A DNA stretch of 56,011 nt from a virus. Its lineage: Duplodnaviria > Caudoviricetes. The position numbers and the translations under genes are program-made. The first letter of the stretch is position 1, and each line of letters opens with the position of its first letter. Location: positions 1-56,011 of the IMG/VR virus record IMGVR_UViG_3300010413_000038; one strand, written 5' to 3'. Positions 18,062-27,574 of this stretch are shown here, piece by piece. The notes under the pieces are model-generated. The model ran no database searches, was not told where the DNA came from, and was given only the letters and a program-made list of their open reading frames with translations.

Positions 18062-18382
18062 ATGAATAAAGCAAAAGAATTATTAAATAGGTCTTATAAA
18101 TCTATAGTGAATAGAGGATTAATTAATGATTTAACTAAAGATGAAGATTTCTATATTAAAATACTTGAAGAGTCAAAAGAATTTTATGAAGCTATAAGAT
18201 TTAATGATGATATTTCAAAAATAGAAGAAGTTACAGACTTAATGAATGTTTGTATAAATTATTTAATTTTTAGGGGGAGTGATCCTTTAGAAGAACTTGA
18301 AAAAGTAATAATTAAAAACGAAAATAGAGTAAAAAATAAAAGCAATGAAAAAAGAGCAGGTACAAATAGCATTATTAATTAG
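18062..18382 (+). CDS. MazG-like nucleotide pyrophosphohydrolase
   Basis: KILEESKEF...EEVTDL..V (EExxE...ExxD). Confidence 0.65.
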   Translation: MNKAKELLNRSYKSIVNRGLINDLTKDEDFYIKILEESKEFYEAIRFNDDISKIEEVTDLMNVCINYLIFRGSDPLEELEKVIIKNENRVKNKSNEKRAGTNSIIN

Positions 18383-18452
18383 TGCATTTATTTTTGTAAT
18401 AGGATTAGCAGTATTAGCTATATATGCTATTAGTGTAGCTTTTGGGTTATCA

Positions 18453-18498
18453 TAACGCAGAGATAAAATGCGTTTCAATGCATTTTAATAGACTGTTA
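18453..18498. repeat. 46-bp attC-like palindrome, copy 4
   Basis: TAAC-gcaga-GATAAAATGC-gtttcaat-GCATTTTAATA-gact-GTTA. Confidence 0.8.
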
Positions 18499-18816
18499 TG
18501 ATTTTTATCATTGTTTATAACAAACTATATATTTAAATTTAAATATAATATATGAATATGAGTGAATTAGATAAAGCACAAAAGAAAATAGATGAAGCTC
18601 AAAAAAAGCTTAAAGAAGCTAAAGAAAAGAGAGAAATATCAAAAATAAGATATGATACTCATGTAATAATAATGGAAGGTCAAAGAAGAACACTTGCAGA
18701 TTTATAGAGAATGAATCAAGAATTAATGAATGAATTAATGAAATCTAATAATGTAGTTAGTGAATCACAAATTAATCTTCAAGAATCAATTAGTAATTTA
18801 CATAATTTAGAAACAG

Positions 18817-19059
18817 ATGAATCAAGAGAATGAAATAATATTATGCACTACTTGCGGATTACCTTTAGATCGTGAATTTGCAAAAGACAAAAAAGGCGAA
18901 AGATACTGCAAATGTCCTTTTGAAGTAAACGAAAAACAACTTCGAGAAATGCGTAATGAAGCTTATAGAAATATACCTCATAATTATGTAGGTAAATATA
19001 AAGACGGTATAGAAAATAAAATATTTTTTGACACAAATAAAAGGAGTTTAAACAGATGA
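18817..19059 (+). CDS. Hypothetical Cys-containing protein
   Basis: CTTC..CKC. Confidence 0.55.
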   Translation: MNQENEIILCTTCGLPLDREFAKDKKGERYCKCPFEVNEKQLREMRNEAYRNIPHNYVGKYKDGIENKIFFDTNKRSLNR

Positions 19060-19253
19060 TAATTATTTTGATAATAATCTCATTATTCGTAATTTACAAA
19101 ATAATTGGATTAATAACATCTAGGAAAAGAGCTATTTTGAGAGCAAAAGAAGAGTTTATCCATGAGAAAGAACTTGCAAAGAAAAAAGGTAAGGAACTAA
19201 GTGTAATTAACGATGTAAGTGATTTTTATGACGCTTATGTGTTTATGCAGTAG
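19056..19253 (+). CDS. Hypothetical membrane-anchored protein
   Basis: N-terminal hydrophobic helix. Confidence 0.55.
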   Translation: MIIILIIISLFVIYKIIGLITSRKRAILRAKEEFIHEKELAKKKGKELSVINDVSDFYDAYVFMQ

Positions 19254-19313
19254 TTAACAGACCGGGTGTATTGGATGGGAATTTAAGGACATTTTTAATT
19301 AAAATTATATACT

Positions 19314-19478
19314 ATGAAATTAAGAAGAATTATAGGGATAACTTTGTTAGTTTGTTTATTGGCTACACCATTCGTAATTGTAGGTATACAAGATGGATTA
19401 TGGTGGGCATTGTTCCCTTTAGGGGTAATAATTTTGCTTGTCATACTTAGTTACATTGCTATATGGTTAATCAACTGA
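19314..19478 (+). CDS. Two-TM small membrane protein (54 aa, absent from ORF track) enclosed in an attC-like hairpin 19255-19510
   Basis: MKLRRIIGITLLVCLLATPFVIVGIQDGLWWALFPLGVIILLVILSYIAIWLIN; flanked by AATTTAAGGAC/GTCCTTAAATT. Confidence 0.65.
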   Translation: MKLRRIIGITLLVCLLATPFVIVGIQDGLWWALFPLGVIILLVILSYIAIWLIN

Positions 19479-19552
19479 GTCCTTAAATTACTTTCCTATA
19501 AACCTAGTTAGCTGCACGTAGCTTAGCAATATGATGAGATTGATTAATAGTA

Positions 19553-19598
19553 TAACGCAGAGATAAAATGCGTTTCAATGCATTTTAATCGATTGTTA
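19553..19598. repeat. 46-bp attC-like palindrome, copy 5
   Basis: TAAC-gcaga-GATAAAATGC-gtttcaat-GCATTTTAATC-gatt-GTTA. Confidence 0.8.
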
Positions 19599-19788
19599 TG
19601 ATTTTATTATCTAATTAATAATCACTATATTTGCTTATTATTATGATAAAAATGAAACAAATATACATCATACAGAATCGCAGAATATTGCGCGATCTTG
19701 ACGTAAAAACAAACGTCAATGATGAATGTTGTGTTCGTTATATTCATGATAATAGGGCTATAATGCCTAATTTTAAGCTTAATTAATT

Positions 19789-20268
19789 ATGTCTAATGCT
19801 GAATATCAAAATATGATTTTAGCTTATTACAAAGATTTAGAACATTTTGCTGCTCATCTAACAAACAATAGAGATGACGCTAAAGATTTAACACAACAAA
19901 CTTACTTAAAAGCACTTCAATTCAAAAATAAATATAAAGAACATAAATGCATTAAAATTTGGCTTTCAGTTATAATGAAAAACATATTTATTGATCAAAA
20001 AAGGAAAGAGAAAAACATTAAATATGATTATGATTTAGATGATTTAATTATTTCGGAGCCTGAAAATATAACATCAAAACTAACATTAGATGAAATATGG
20101 GTTTATTTAAACAAAAAATATAAAGAAAAAATGATAATGCCTCTAATTTTAAACGCAAAAGGTATTAAACACGAGGAAATATCTAAAAAGTATAATATAA
20201 ACATAAATACAATTAAAAGCAGGGTAAAAAGGGTAAGAGAAGTCTTAAGAAAAAGATATAATCTATGA
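19789..20268 (+). CDS. ECF-type sigma-70 factor
   Basis: Region 2 DAKDLTQQTYLKA..WL..IMKNIFID; region 4 GIKHEEIS...NININTIKSRV.R.R..L. Confidence 0.88.
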   Translation: MSNAEYQNMILAYYKDLEHFAAHLTNNRDDAKDLTQQTYLKALQFKNKYKEHKCIKIWLSVIMKNIFIDQKRKEKNIKYDYDLDDLIISEPENITSKLTLDEIWVYLNKKYKEKMIMPLILNAKGIKHEEISKKYNININTIKSRVKRVREVLRKRYNL

Positions 20269-20633
20269 AAAGAGTACAAAGAAAGAGGACAAAAGGCTAT
20301 AGAATGCCTGAAAACACAAAATATGTAGGTAGACCTACGGCTTGGGGTAATCCATTTAAACTAACTCCGGATGGTTGGATAATGTATTATTCTGTTAATC
20401 GTAAAATATTAGACCCATGGATTTATTGGAGCGTAACTGGTGGATTTTGTTTGACAGATATAGTTGAACTTTATGAGTGTTGGATTAAAGGAGAATTTAA
20501 AAATTATACGGATCTACCTAATACTACTGATATAGAACAATTAAAAGGTTTCGATTTAGCTTGTTTTTGCCCGTTAAATTCTCCTTGTCATGCCGATATA
20601 TTAATTAAATTATTAAGTGATGAAAACACATGA
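20265..20633 (+). CDS. DUF4326-family protein
   Basis: YVGRPTAWGNPF...LKGFDLACFCP...CHADIL. Confidence 0.85.
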   Translation: MKRVQRKRTKGYRMPENTKYVGRPTAWGNPFKLTPDGWIMYYSVNRKILDPWIYWSVTGGFCLTDIVELYECWIKGEFKNYTDLPNTTDIEQLKGFDLACFCPLNSPCHADILIKLLSDENT

Positions 20634-20737
20634 AGATAAAAGCAAGATTGAAAAAGAACTCCTAAAAATGGAGTTAGACTAAAAAAAAGCTTTTGCAAGA
20701 TACGAATTAACTCAGCTTTATAATAAAAATTAAAATT

Positions 20738-21133
20738 ATGAAAATTATATTTGTCGGAATACATAATAAACCGCATTTAACAGCTTTACATTCGTCAACT
20801 AAAACAGGTAAAATAATTGATGATATAATTAAAGAATTGCCTAGAAATATAGAAATTTTAAAAACAAATTTATTTGATATTGATTATTTACCAATAAGTC
20901 AATTAGAAATAGATACTTTACATACTGAGTGGTATTGGCAACATTTACCTATAGAAGATGATATTATTATTTTATTAGGGAATAATGTAAAAAGAAATTT
21001 TAGACATGATTTAAATAACATTATTAAAGTTGCTCATCCAGCAAGTAAGTATAGTAAATTAGATATTTCAGATTATATTAAAAATACTGTTGAATTAATA
21101 AAAACTAAAATATATGGAACTAAACAAAAGTAA
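20738..21133 (+). CDS. Uracil-DNA glycosylase-superfamily-like protein
   Basis: IIFVG..., IILLG, VAHPAS. Confidence 0.5.
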   Translation: MKIIFVGIHNKPHLTALHSSTKTGKIIDDIIKELPRNIEILKTNLFDIDYLPISQLEIDTLHTEWYWQHLPIEDDIIILLGNNVKRNFRHDLNNIIKVAHPASKYSKLDISDYIKNTVELIKTKIYGTKQK

Positions 21134-21212
21134 AGGAAATATACCTTATTTAATCGAAGGATTAAATGAATTCACAACAGTACATTTAAAGAAATCTTAA
21201 TAGATTAATAAA

Positions 21213-21446
21213 ATGACTTACTGGACAACATACATAATAGCTAAAGATCCATATACCGGAGAACTTAAGAAGTATGCAGGTCAGAATATTCCGGGATTAA
21301 CTAAAAAAGATGCTAAAAGATATTGTCAGCTAAATGGTTTAGGTTATTTGCAGGTTGAAGATAAATTAGTCGCTGAAATACCAGAAAACAATATGGTTCC
21401 AGATTGGGAGAAAGCGATATATTATGATAAAATTCAAAATAATTAG
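21213..21446 (+). CDS. Hypothetical protein
   Basis: ORF. Confidence 0.65.
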   Translation: MTYWTTYIIAKDPYTGELKKYAGQNIPGLTKKDAKRYCQLNGLGYLQVEDKLVAEIPENNMVPDWEKAIYYDKIQNN

Positions 21447-21620
21447 ATATTTAAAAATGGATCTAATTAAACAAAAAGCATTAGAGCTATATAATAAATT
21501 TCCTTTGGGGAACAGGAAAGAAAGCGCGATTGTTTGTGTTAACGAAATCCTTAATGTAATTGAAGAAACAGAGCAAATAATATATTGGTTGAAAGTTAAA
21601 AAATACTTAATTTTAGAATT

Positions 21621-22007
21621 ATGAATGAACAATTAGATAAAGCAAAAGATTTAGAAATAAGAAGATTAAATAAATATTTACCTATAGAAGCTGAATTAAA
21701 TAGAGCTAAAAATAAACATCCATATTTCCCTGATGATATGTTTAAACAATTAGCTATAATGCAAGAAGAAGCGGGAGAAGTTACAAAATCAGTTATGCAT
21801 TTACATTATGAAAATGGAACACTAGAAAATGTTAGAGAAGAATTAATTCAAACAGCTGCAATGTGTATGAGAATGCTTGAAAATTTAGATAAACATATAG
21901 AATATATAAAAAATACATCTTGGTGTACTTCTAAATTAAGATGTGAAGGATCAATGCATTGTAGATTATCTTATTGTGAATTTGATAATAGAAATGATAA
22001 AAAATAG
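21621..22007 (+). CDS. MazG-like protein
   Basis: IMQEEAGEV...REELIQTAAM. Confidence 0.65.
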   Translation: MNEQLDKAKDLEIRRLNKYLPIEAELNRAKNKHPYFPDDMFKQLAIMQEEAGEVTKSVMHLHYENGTLENVREELIQTAAMCMRMLENLDKHIEYIKNTSWCTSKLRCEGSMHCRLSYCEFDNRNDKK

Positions 22008-22009
22008 TT

Positions 22010-22315
22010 ATGAAAACAGTAATAATACCAATAATTACACGAACAAATATAGAATTATTAAATCGACTTGAAGAAATAGGCTTATTTAATCTAATAAGAA
22101 AAGAACCTAAAGAAGAAGGTAAAAAAGGATTTCCTATTGCGTTCGATTATATCAATGGAATATCAGAAAATCCAGAATATATAAATGATAATTGTCATGT
22201 ATATAAAGAATTTAATGAAAAATATTTTATGTGGCATTATTTTAGAATAAATCTAACCGAAAAAGGAGAACAGATATTAAAGAATAATAACATTAATTAT
22301 TTTTATGATTTATAA
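22010..22315 (+). CDS. Hypothetical protein
   Basis: ORF. Confidence 0.55.
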   Translation: MKTVIIPIITRTNIELLNRLEEIGLFNLIRKEPKEEGKKGFPIAFDYINGISENPEYINDNCHVYKEFNEKYFMWHYFRINLTEKGEQILKNNNINYFYDL

Positions 22316-22422
22316 AGGTACTCAAATATTGGTATGTGCTGCCATCGAAAAGCAGCGAACTTAATTAAATGTATAATCGATCCAGTTTTATTTTTTTGAG
22401 CTAGGACATAAAAATAAATAAT

Positions 22423-22812
22423 ATGAATAAAGAACAAATAGATGCAATAAATAAAGAATGCCCATATAACCAAGGGATATTTACAGAACCTTATGGAATA
22501 CCAGTAAAGATTAAAGAACCTGTTATTTATTGCCGTTACAAAACAGGTGGGTATATTGGAGGAAGCTGCTGGGATGATAGCGACCCTCGACAATATACAG
22601 AAGCAGTGCCTAAAGATAGGTTTAAGGTGCTTGATCTAATACTGCAATTCATATTCCCAGACATAAAATACTTACAATACAAAGAGATTGAGGAATTGAT
22701 ACATGATAATGAAGAAGCAGAATATGAATATTATGGGAATAGTACGAACTGGAAATGTGAGTATATAATACTCAGTGAATTAGAGGCACTTATTGCAGGG
22801 TGGAAAAAATAA
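22423..22812 (+). CDS. Hypothetical phage protein
   Basis: TGGYIGGSCWDD..EYEYYGN pattern. Confidence 0.7.
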   Translation: MNKEQIDAINKECPYNQGIFTEPYGIPVKIKEPVIYCRYKTGGYIGGSCWDDSDPRQYTEAVPKDRFKVLDLILQFIFPDIKYLQYKEIEELIHDNEEAEYEYYGNSTNWKCEYIILSELEALIAGWKK

Positions 22813-22859
22813 AACTAGCATAAAATTTATTTGAAATACTTAACTTAATAATACGAGCT

Positions 22860-23183
22860 ATGGAAAACAGATTTAAAAAATATTTAATGTACGAAAAAGA
22901 AAACGGTAAAATAGTTAATGTAAATCCACAAGCATTTGAACTTGCTGATGAAGCTTTTTTGCTGTTTAAAAGTATGTATGATACTTTTTATGGTTCGATA
23001 GATGAAGATGAAAATTTAATATCAATTCATACAGGAGGATGGTCGTATAATGAAGAATTAATTAGAGAATTTGAAGAAACTGGATGGTGGTTTAAAAATC
23101 ATAAAATAATAGCAAAAGGCGGCAATTATTACTTTAATACTGATATTTATGCAGATAAGAAATGGGAAGTTATATCCAAGTGA
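22860..23183 (+). CDS. Hypothetical protein
   Basis: HTGGWSYNEELI..KGGNYYF; followed by a 46-bp element. Confidence 0.7.
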   Translation: MENRFKKYLMYEKENGKIVNVNPQAFELADEAFLLFKSMYDTFYGSIDEDENLISIHTGGWSYNEELIREFEETGWWFKNHKIIAKGGNYYFNTDIYADKKWEVISK

Positions 23184-23229
23184 GCGTAGGCAAATTTAGT
23201 TATGTGTACTTGCTTTTTAGCCTTACGAA

Positions 23230-23275
23230 TAACAAAGTAATAAAATACGTTTTAATGTATTTTTATTACATGTTA
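23230..23275. repeat. 46-bp attC-like palindrome, copy 6
   Basis: TAAC-aaa-GTAATAAAATAC-gttttaat-GTATTTTTATTAC-at-GTTA. Confidence 0.8.
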
Positions 23276-23309
23276 TAAATTATTAATAAACTAAATAAAA
23301 CATTAAATT

Positions 23310-23528
23310 ATGAATACTAAAATAACTGAAAATGAACCTCTAACTTTAGATTATTGTTATTATTGGAGGATAAAGAATATAAATGGAGCTTTAATTAGAG
23401 ATGGAATGAAAGGAGAAATACAGCATGTTAATAATGAATTTTTTTATTGTGAAAATAACATAGCTATAAAACAACTAAAAACTAAAAAAGATTTAAATGA
23501 TATCATTATTCCAATTGCTAATTTATAA
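23310..23528 (+). CDS. Hypothetical protein
   Basis: ORF. Confidence 0.55.
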   Translation: MNTKITENEPLTLDYCYYWRIKNINGALIRDGMKGEIQHVNNEFFYCENNIAIKQLKTKKDLNDIIIPIANL

Positions 23529-23686
23529 ATTTTAAAAAGAAATAGTAATTAAATATAAAATATATTAACTTTGAAATTCGACTGTCAAAGTATATACTTT
23601 GTACAATATACAGAGCAGGCTATTTTAGTCGGTTTTTTTATATCATAAATTTTAACTATCTTTGTAATAGATTAATATAAACAACA

Positions 23687-23851
23687 ATGCCAGTAAAAAC
23701 AGGAAAAGATAATAAAGGTTGTTTTGCTCAATGGGGAAATTCAGGTAAAAAATATTACTTTGAATGTAACAATCCAGTTGAACGCGCAAAAGCAAGAACG
23801 AAAGCAGAGAAACAGAGTAAAGCTATAAGAGCTTCAGGATACAAAGGATAA
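23687..23851 (+). CDS. Small basic phage protein at head of packaging operon (54 aa, absent from ORF track)
   Basis: MPVKTG..WGNSGKKY..KAEKQSKAIRAS; promoter TATCTTTG at 23657. Confidence 0.7.
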   Translation: MPVKTGKDNKGCFAQWGNSGKKYYFECNNPVERAKARTKAEKQSKAIRASGYKG

Positions 23852-24065
23852 AATTAATGAACGAACAAAATACATATAGAGATAACTTTAAAAAATGCTG
23901 GATAGAAAATAATATAAGTATAGTTCGTTTAGAAGAACCAGAGAAAGTAGAATCAATGCATGATGGAATTATTGAAATAAATTCAAAATTAGAATGTAAA
24001 TTCAATGGACTTTATTGCAGTAGTAAAAATTGTATTTTAGTTAACAATTAAAACATTCATAAGTT

Positions 24066-24659
24066 ATGGATGAATTAAAAAAATATACTTTAAAAGAATT
24101 AAAAGAAAAACTAACAGTTAAAGAAAAAAAATTTTGTCATCAATATATTATTGACTGGAATGGAGCGAGGGCTGCAAGAGAAGCAGGTTATAGTGAAAAA
24201 ACAGCAAGAGAAATAGCACATTATAACTTATCAAAACTTCACATACAGCAATATATAGATTATATTAAGGATGATTTTGAAAAAGAATCAGGTATAAGTA
24301 AATTAAGACAACTAAACGAACTAATTAAAATAGCTTATTCAAGTGTTTCTAATTTACATGAAACATGGATTGAGTTAAAAGAATTCGAATCTTTAACAGA
24401 AGAGCAAAAATCATGTATTGAATCAATTGAAACAAAAACAGAGAAAAGATTAGAATATAATATTGAATCTAAAGAAAGAGATAAGGAAATTGAAATAAAA
24501 TATGTAAAATTAAAACTACATTCAAAAATACAAGCAATAGATCAAATTAATAAGATGATGGGATATAATGCGCCTAATGTATTAGAATTAACAGATAAAC
24601 GAAAAGATATATCTGAATTATTCCCAACTGATGATGAATTAAATGAAACGGAAGATTAA
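24066..24659 (+). CDS. terS: Terminase small subunit
   Basis: LTVKEKKFCHQYIIDWNGARAAREAGYSEKTA; KLHSKIQAIDQI.KMMG. Confidence 0.92.
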   Translation: MDELKKYTLKELKEKLTVKEKKFCHQYIIDWNGARAAREAGYSEKTAREIAHYNLSKLHIQQYIDYIKDDFEKESGISKLRQLNELIKIAYSSVSNLHETWIELKEFESLTEEQKSCIESIETKTEKRLEYNIESKERDKEIEIKYVKLKLHSKIQAIDQINKMMGYNAPNVLELTDKRKDISELFPTDDELNETED

Positions 24660-25059
24660 TCCAAATCTGAAATATCTTTATTCATGCCTGAAAAATCAAA
24701 AGTATGATGAAAATGAAGAATTAATATCAGGTAAAAGAGGAGTTATTTTAGAAGGTTCTAGTCGATGCTTTAGTGAGAATCAAAAAATATTAACTGATAA
24801 AGGAGTTAAAAGAATATATGATATAACCACTCAGGATAATGTAATAACATATAATGAAAATAAACGAGTAAATGAAATAAAGCGAGTTATAGCTAAATTA
24901 GTATTTAAAAATTCAAAAAAATGTTATAGGATAAAATTAAAAAATAATGAATTTATAGAAGTCACTGATGATCATGAATTTTATTATAATGGTAAATGGG
25001 TAAGTATTTCTAATATAATATATATTTGGAATGAAAGGAATAAAAAAAGAGAAAAATAA
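24643..25059 (+). CDS. terL: Terminase large subunit N-extein (41 aa) fused to split intein N-fragment (97 aa, from Cys42 at 24766)
   Basis: ILEGSSR|CFSENQKILT (intein block A); EVTDDHEFY (block B TxxH). Confidence 0.9.
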   Translation: MKRKINPNLKYLYSCLKNQKYDENEELISGKRGVILEGSSRCFSENQKILTDKGVKRIYDITTQDNVITYNENKRVNEIKRVIAKLVFKNSKKCYRIKLKNNEFIEVTDDHEFYYNGKWVSISNIIYIWNERNKKREK

Positions 25060-25699
25060 ATTTATTGCTCGTATATCAATAAATGGTAAAAGAATTCAAA
25101 ATAGTTTTGATGATATAGAATCAGCTAATAGTTGGTTGTGTTCAATACGGTTAAATAATAAATTAAAATCATTGCCTAATGAGGTATGGAAAATTATTCC
25201 TAATTTTAATAGATATATGGCATCTAATTTAGGTCGTATAAAATCATTAAATTATAAAAATTCTGGAATTGAAAAATTAATTAATCCATCTAAATCAACA
25301 GATGGATATTTAAAGACAATGTTAAAGAATAACGATAATAAATATTGTTCATGGGAGGTTCATAAATTTGTAATGAGATCATTTTATGGTAATTATAATG
25401 GATTAGAGGTTAATCATAAAGATGGTAATAAATTAAATAATCAGTTAACTAATTTAGAAATATGTACTAAATCTGAAAATGCTATACATGCGATAAATAA
25501 TGGATTATGGGAAATAAAAGTTGGAGAAAAAAATGGTATGGCTAAATTAACAAAAGAACAAGTAATTCAAGCTAGAGAAGCTAAAAAAAATAATGGTCGA
25601 TTTTGGGGAAGAAAAGAAATTGCAAAAAGTTTTAATATATCTGAAAAACATTTACAAAAAATAGTTAATAATCCAGATAAATTATGGTACAATGCTTAG
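25031..25699 (+). CDS. Free-standing NUMOD4-HNH homing endonuclease
   Basis: EVWKIIP..YMASNLGRIKS (NUMOD4); VHKFV..F, VNHKDGNKLNN..NLE.CT..EN..HA (HNH); GEKNGMAKLT. Confidence 0.92.
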   Translation: MKGIKKEKNKFIARISINGKRIQNSFDDIESANSWLCSIRLNNKLKSLPNEVWKIIPNFNRYMASNLGRIKSLNYKNSGIEKLINPSKSTDGYLKTMLKNNDNKYCSWEVHKFVMRSFYGNYNGLEVNHKDGNKLNNQLTNLEICTKSENAIHAINNGLWEIKVGEKNGMAKLTKEQVIQAREAKKNNGRFWGRKEIAKSFNISEKHLQKIVNNPDKLWYNA

Positions 25700-27027
25700 A
25701 TATAAATCAAATAGAAAGTATAGAAGAAATTGAATTAGATTATGTTTATGATATAACCATAAAGGATAATCATAATTATTATATTAATGAATTAAATCCT
25801 ATATTAGTACATAACTCAGGTAAAACATGGAGCTCAGTAGATTTAATAATATTAATATGTACAAGAATAGAAACCAATTGCGTTATAAACATAATAAAAG
25901 AAACCTACCAAAGCTTTAAAACAACATTATATAATGATTTTAATGAAAGGCTTCCTATGTTTGGTATTCCTTCACCGTTTGAACATGCAAAAGAATTGCA
26001 TAGCTTTAAAATATTCGGTAATAAAATAAATCTTATTGGAGCTGATAAAATAAGCAAGTTCGAGGGTATGGGATGCGATTATCTATATATTAACGAGATG
26101 TTGCCTATTGATAAAAAAGTGTTTGACCATGCAGAAATGAGATGTAAAAAGTTTTGGTGGGCTGATTATAACCCAAGTGTTACTGAACATTATATATTCA
26201 ATAATATTATTCCTAGAAAAGACGTAGGATTTATTCGTACAACATTTAATCATAATCCTTTTATATCAATACAAGAAAAAAAGAAGATACTTAGTTATGA
26301 GCCTTGGGAATCAGGAAGTTATATTGTAACAGAAGATTCAATATATTATAATGATAAGTTAGTAGATGAAAAAAACTATCCACCTCCACATAAAGAAAAT
26401 ATAGAAAATGGAACAGCCGATGAGTTTATGTGGAAAGTTTATGGATTAGGATTACGAGGAGCAATGAGAGGAGTTATATTTAATAATGTAACTTGGATAG
26501 ATGAATTTCCTGATATACATTTTGATTATGGATTAGACTTTGGATTTATAGCAGATCCAACAGTTATTACAAAATGTGCTGAAGATTATAATAATATATG
26601 GATTGAATATTTATCTTACGCTCCTATGGAAACACCGGATCAAATTTTTGAATATGGGAAATCAATAGGAATGAATTATAGATTACCAATAACAGCAGAT
26701 TCAAGTGATAAATATACAGGAGAAAATAAGGGAACTGTTGAGATGGTTAAGAGTTTACGAAAAATGGGATGGAATATAACTAAAGTAAGCAAAACGAAAA
26801 ATGTTATGTATTGGATAACATCTATGAAACAAAAAAAGATTCATATAGTAAAAAATGAATTCTATAAAGAAGCTAAAAGAGAACAGGAAAATTATAAATT
26901 AAGAGAAATTAATGGAATATCAATTAATCAGCCAATAGATGACTTTAATCATGGTTGGGATTCAGCGAGATATAGACATATGGCATTTAATTCTAAACGA
27001 CAAGGTATTATATTAAATAATGATTAA
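25684..27027 (+). CDS. terL: Split intein C-fragment (44 aa, to 25815) fused to terminase large subunit C-extein (PBSX-like)
   Basis: VYDITIKDNHNYY..ILVHN|SGKT; YINE, DYNP, GLDFGF..DPT, ADS, NHGWDSARY. Confidence 0.92.
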   Translation: MVQCLDINQIESIEEIELDYVYDITIKDNHNYYINELNPILVHNSGKTWSSVDLIILICTRIETNCVINIIKETYQSFKTTLYNDFNERLPMFGIPSPFEHAKELHSFKIFGNKINLIGADKISKFEGMGCDYLYINEMLPIDKKVFDHAEMRCKKFWWADYNPSVTEHYIFNNIIPRKDVGFIRTTFNHNPFISIQEKKKILSYEPWESGSYIVTEDSIYYNDKLVDEKNYPPPHKENIENGTADEFMWKVYGLGLRGAMRGVIFNNVTWIDEFPDIHFDYGLDFGFIADPTVITKCAEDYNNIWIEYLSYAPMETPDQIFEYGKSIGMNYRLPITADSSDKYTGENKGTVEMVKSLRKMGWNITKVSKTKNVMYWITSMKQKKIHIVKNEFYKEAKREQENYKLREINGISINQPIDDFNHGWDSARYRHMAFNSKRQGIILNND

Positions 27028-27301
27028 CATGGAACGAATATTTATTGAAACATTATCAATTTTTCAAGATTCAGATGATGAAAACTTATCCAAAAAATAT
27101 TGGGCTGAATATGTATTTTCGTTAGATAATATTATAGGATATAATAAATCTACTAATGGATATACAACAATAGATTTGAAAAATGATGGTAGATATGAAA
27201 TAGCAATAAAATATGAAGAATTTAAAAAAATAATGAATAATTATTATAAACATGAAATTATAATAGACGCCAAAGCTAATTATGAATTTAAAGAGCAATG
27301 A
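27020..27301 (+). CDS. Hypothetical protein
   Basis: ORF coupled to terL. Confidence 0.6.
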   Translation: MINMERIFIETLSIFQDSDDENLSKKYWAEYVFSLDNIIGYNKSTNGYTTIDLKNDGRYEIAIKYEEFKKIMNNYYKHEIIIDAKANYEFKEQ

Positions 27302-27474
27302 TAGTAATAATAGATAAATTACTCGATAAATCATATCATACTAAATTTAAAACAAAAGCATCTAAAATAATAGGTATGAGTAGAGATACTATGTTGAGAT
27401 GGGAGAAGATGGGGAAATTTAAAGGAACGTATAAAAATAGATTTAAAATATATTTAGATTCTGAAAATATCTAA
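27298..27474 (+). CDS. Small HTH-like protein (58 aa, absent from ORF track)
   Basis: KASKIIGMSRDTMLRW. Confidence 0.5.
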   Translation: MIVIIDKLLDKSYHTKFKTKASKIIGMSRDTMLRWEKMGKFKGTYKNRFKIYLDSENI

Positions 27475-27574
27475 ATACGGCAAAAATAACGATAAAATGC
27501 CGAATACAGATATCCATTAATTAACATAATAATACTTAACATAATAATTTAGTACATTTGTAGATATAAAACAT

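Noticed and set aside
24643-27027. terL pseudogene, group I intron or stop-codon recoding
   Set aside because: Intact intein N- and C-terminal motifs join exactly at Walker A; other genes read normally in the standard code
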